From: Anaerolineae bacterium
Lineage (GTDB): Bacteria > Chloroflexota > Anaerolineae > CG2-30-64-16
Reading direction: 5' to 3'
Length of the DNA stretch: 45,064 bases
Assembly (NCBI GenBank): GCA_034434335.1
Contig: DAOTZS010000133.1
Span: 1-45,064 of the forward strand
Positions 44,502 to 45,064 of this stretch are shown piece by piece. A program made the position numbers and the translations under genes. A model generated the notes under the pieces. The model saw nothing but the letters and a program-made list of their open reading frames with translations, did not search any database and had not been told where the DNA came from. Every line of letters starts with the position of its first letter. The stretch's first letter is position 1.

Positions 44502-45064
44502 ATGCGTTCGGCAACGATTGAGCGAGCTACAGCCGAGACTGAGGTGCACCTGACCCTGGTGTTGGACGGCCGCGGCAAAGCAGATGTCAGCAGCGGCCTC
44601 CCCTTTCTGGACCACATGTTGACACTCTTTGCCTACCACGGCCTGTTCGACCTGACGATCCAGGCGCGGGGCGACCTGCATGTGGATGCGCATCACACGG
44701 CCGAAGACGTGGCGATCTGCCTGGGCCAGGCGCTCGATCGGGCGCTGGGCGACCGGGCGGGGATCGTGCGCACCGCGCACAGCTACGTGCCAATGGACGA
44801 AGCGCTCGCTTTCGTTGCGGTGGACCTGGGCGGCCGGCCCTATGCGGTGATTGAGGCGACCTGGCACGCGGCCGGCCTGGGCGGCATGGATCCTGACCTG
44901 GTGCGCCACTTTCTGGAGACGGTCGCGATTCATGGCCGGCTCAACCTGCACGCGCGCGTGCTCTATGGCCGCAACGATCATCACCAGGCCGAGGCGCTCT
45001 TCAAGGCGCTGGGCCGAGCGCTGGATGCGGCCACGTTGCTCGACCCGCGGCGGCAGGGCGCGCC
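44502..45064 (+). CDS. hisB: Imidazoleglycerol-phosphate dehydratase, 3' end cut by window edge (absent from the supplied ORF track)
   Basis: My own translation from ATG 44502 (AGGAGG at 44492-44497): [75 protein letters not shown]...[18 protein letters not shown] carries the IGPD motifs. Frame is open to the window end. Confidence 0.93.
   Translation, partial: MRSATIERATAETEVHLTLVLDGRGKADVSSGLPFLDHMLTLFAYHGLFDLTIQARGDLHVDAHHTAEDVAICLGQALDRALGDRAGIVRTAHSYVPMDEALAFVAVDLGGRPYAVIEATWHAAGLGGMDPDLVRHFLETVAIHGRLNLHARVLYGRNDHHQAEALFKALGRALDAATLLDPRRQGA

Noticed and set aside
44217-44984. 255-aa ORF on the minus strand
   Set aside because: Antisense to the hisB (IGPD) frame that runs off the window, and it overlaps the HAD gene 5' region.

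Overview
High-GC (~60%) bacterial chromosomal window, mostly housekeeping. The taxon cannot be established from the sequence; gene content and order would fit a Chloroflexota-like genome. Coding content in order: rpsB(partial)-tsf-pyrH-frr-uppS-cdsA; a lone PD-(D/E)XK-type nuclease with a heptad tandem-repeat coiled coil; an orphan ZnuA/TroA-type metal-binding lipoprotein; rho plus an M23/LysM peptidase; fur-feoA-feoB-feoC; ubiX and a creatininase-family gene; a livJ/M/H/F/G-type ABC transporter; an ATP-cone::uridine-kinase-like fusion; an MFS transporter; SAM-I-riboswitch-controlled metY-metX-metW; DUF1638; a TGS/ThrRS-N-like::uridine-kinase-like paralog; a translationally coupled pair of unknown genes (540 aa + 160 aa); a cinA-like gene; a TPR/URO-D-like/LysM operon; cstA; hisZ-hisG-hisD; a HAD hydrolase. 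A 3'-truncated hisB is missing from the ORF track because it runs off the window. The most unusual content is non-coding. Intergenic and intercistronic spacers hold at least eight copies of modular GC-rich compound-hairpin elements (about 150-300 bp). There are two MITE-like copies with 14-bp terminal inverted repeats, two three-hairpin elements, two TIR-bounded elements, one 300-bp TIR-bounded element and one direct-repeat-flanked element. Paired copies differ by fully compensatory stem substitutions while loop motifs such as TGGCCGCAGGCC and CCGCTCGC are conserved. Two pairs sit in the same sense relative to host transcription. Three copies reach or overlap coding ends (Fur, HAD) or supply a -35 box. 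About twelve sigma70-type promoters (TTGACN-17-TATACT, mostly with an extended TGn -10) can be read directly. They imply a ~600-nt rho leader, a ~470-nt cstA leader containing a repeat copy, and a small promoter-to-terminator unit with an HHH mini-ORF upstream of hisZ. Many long antisense ORFs in the track are high-GC artefacts.
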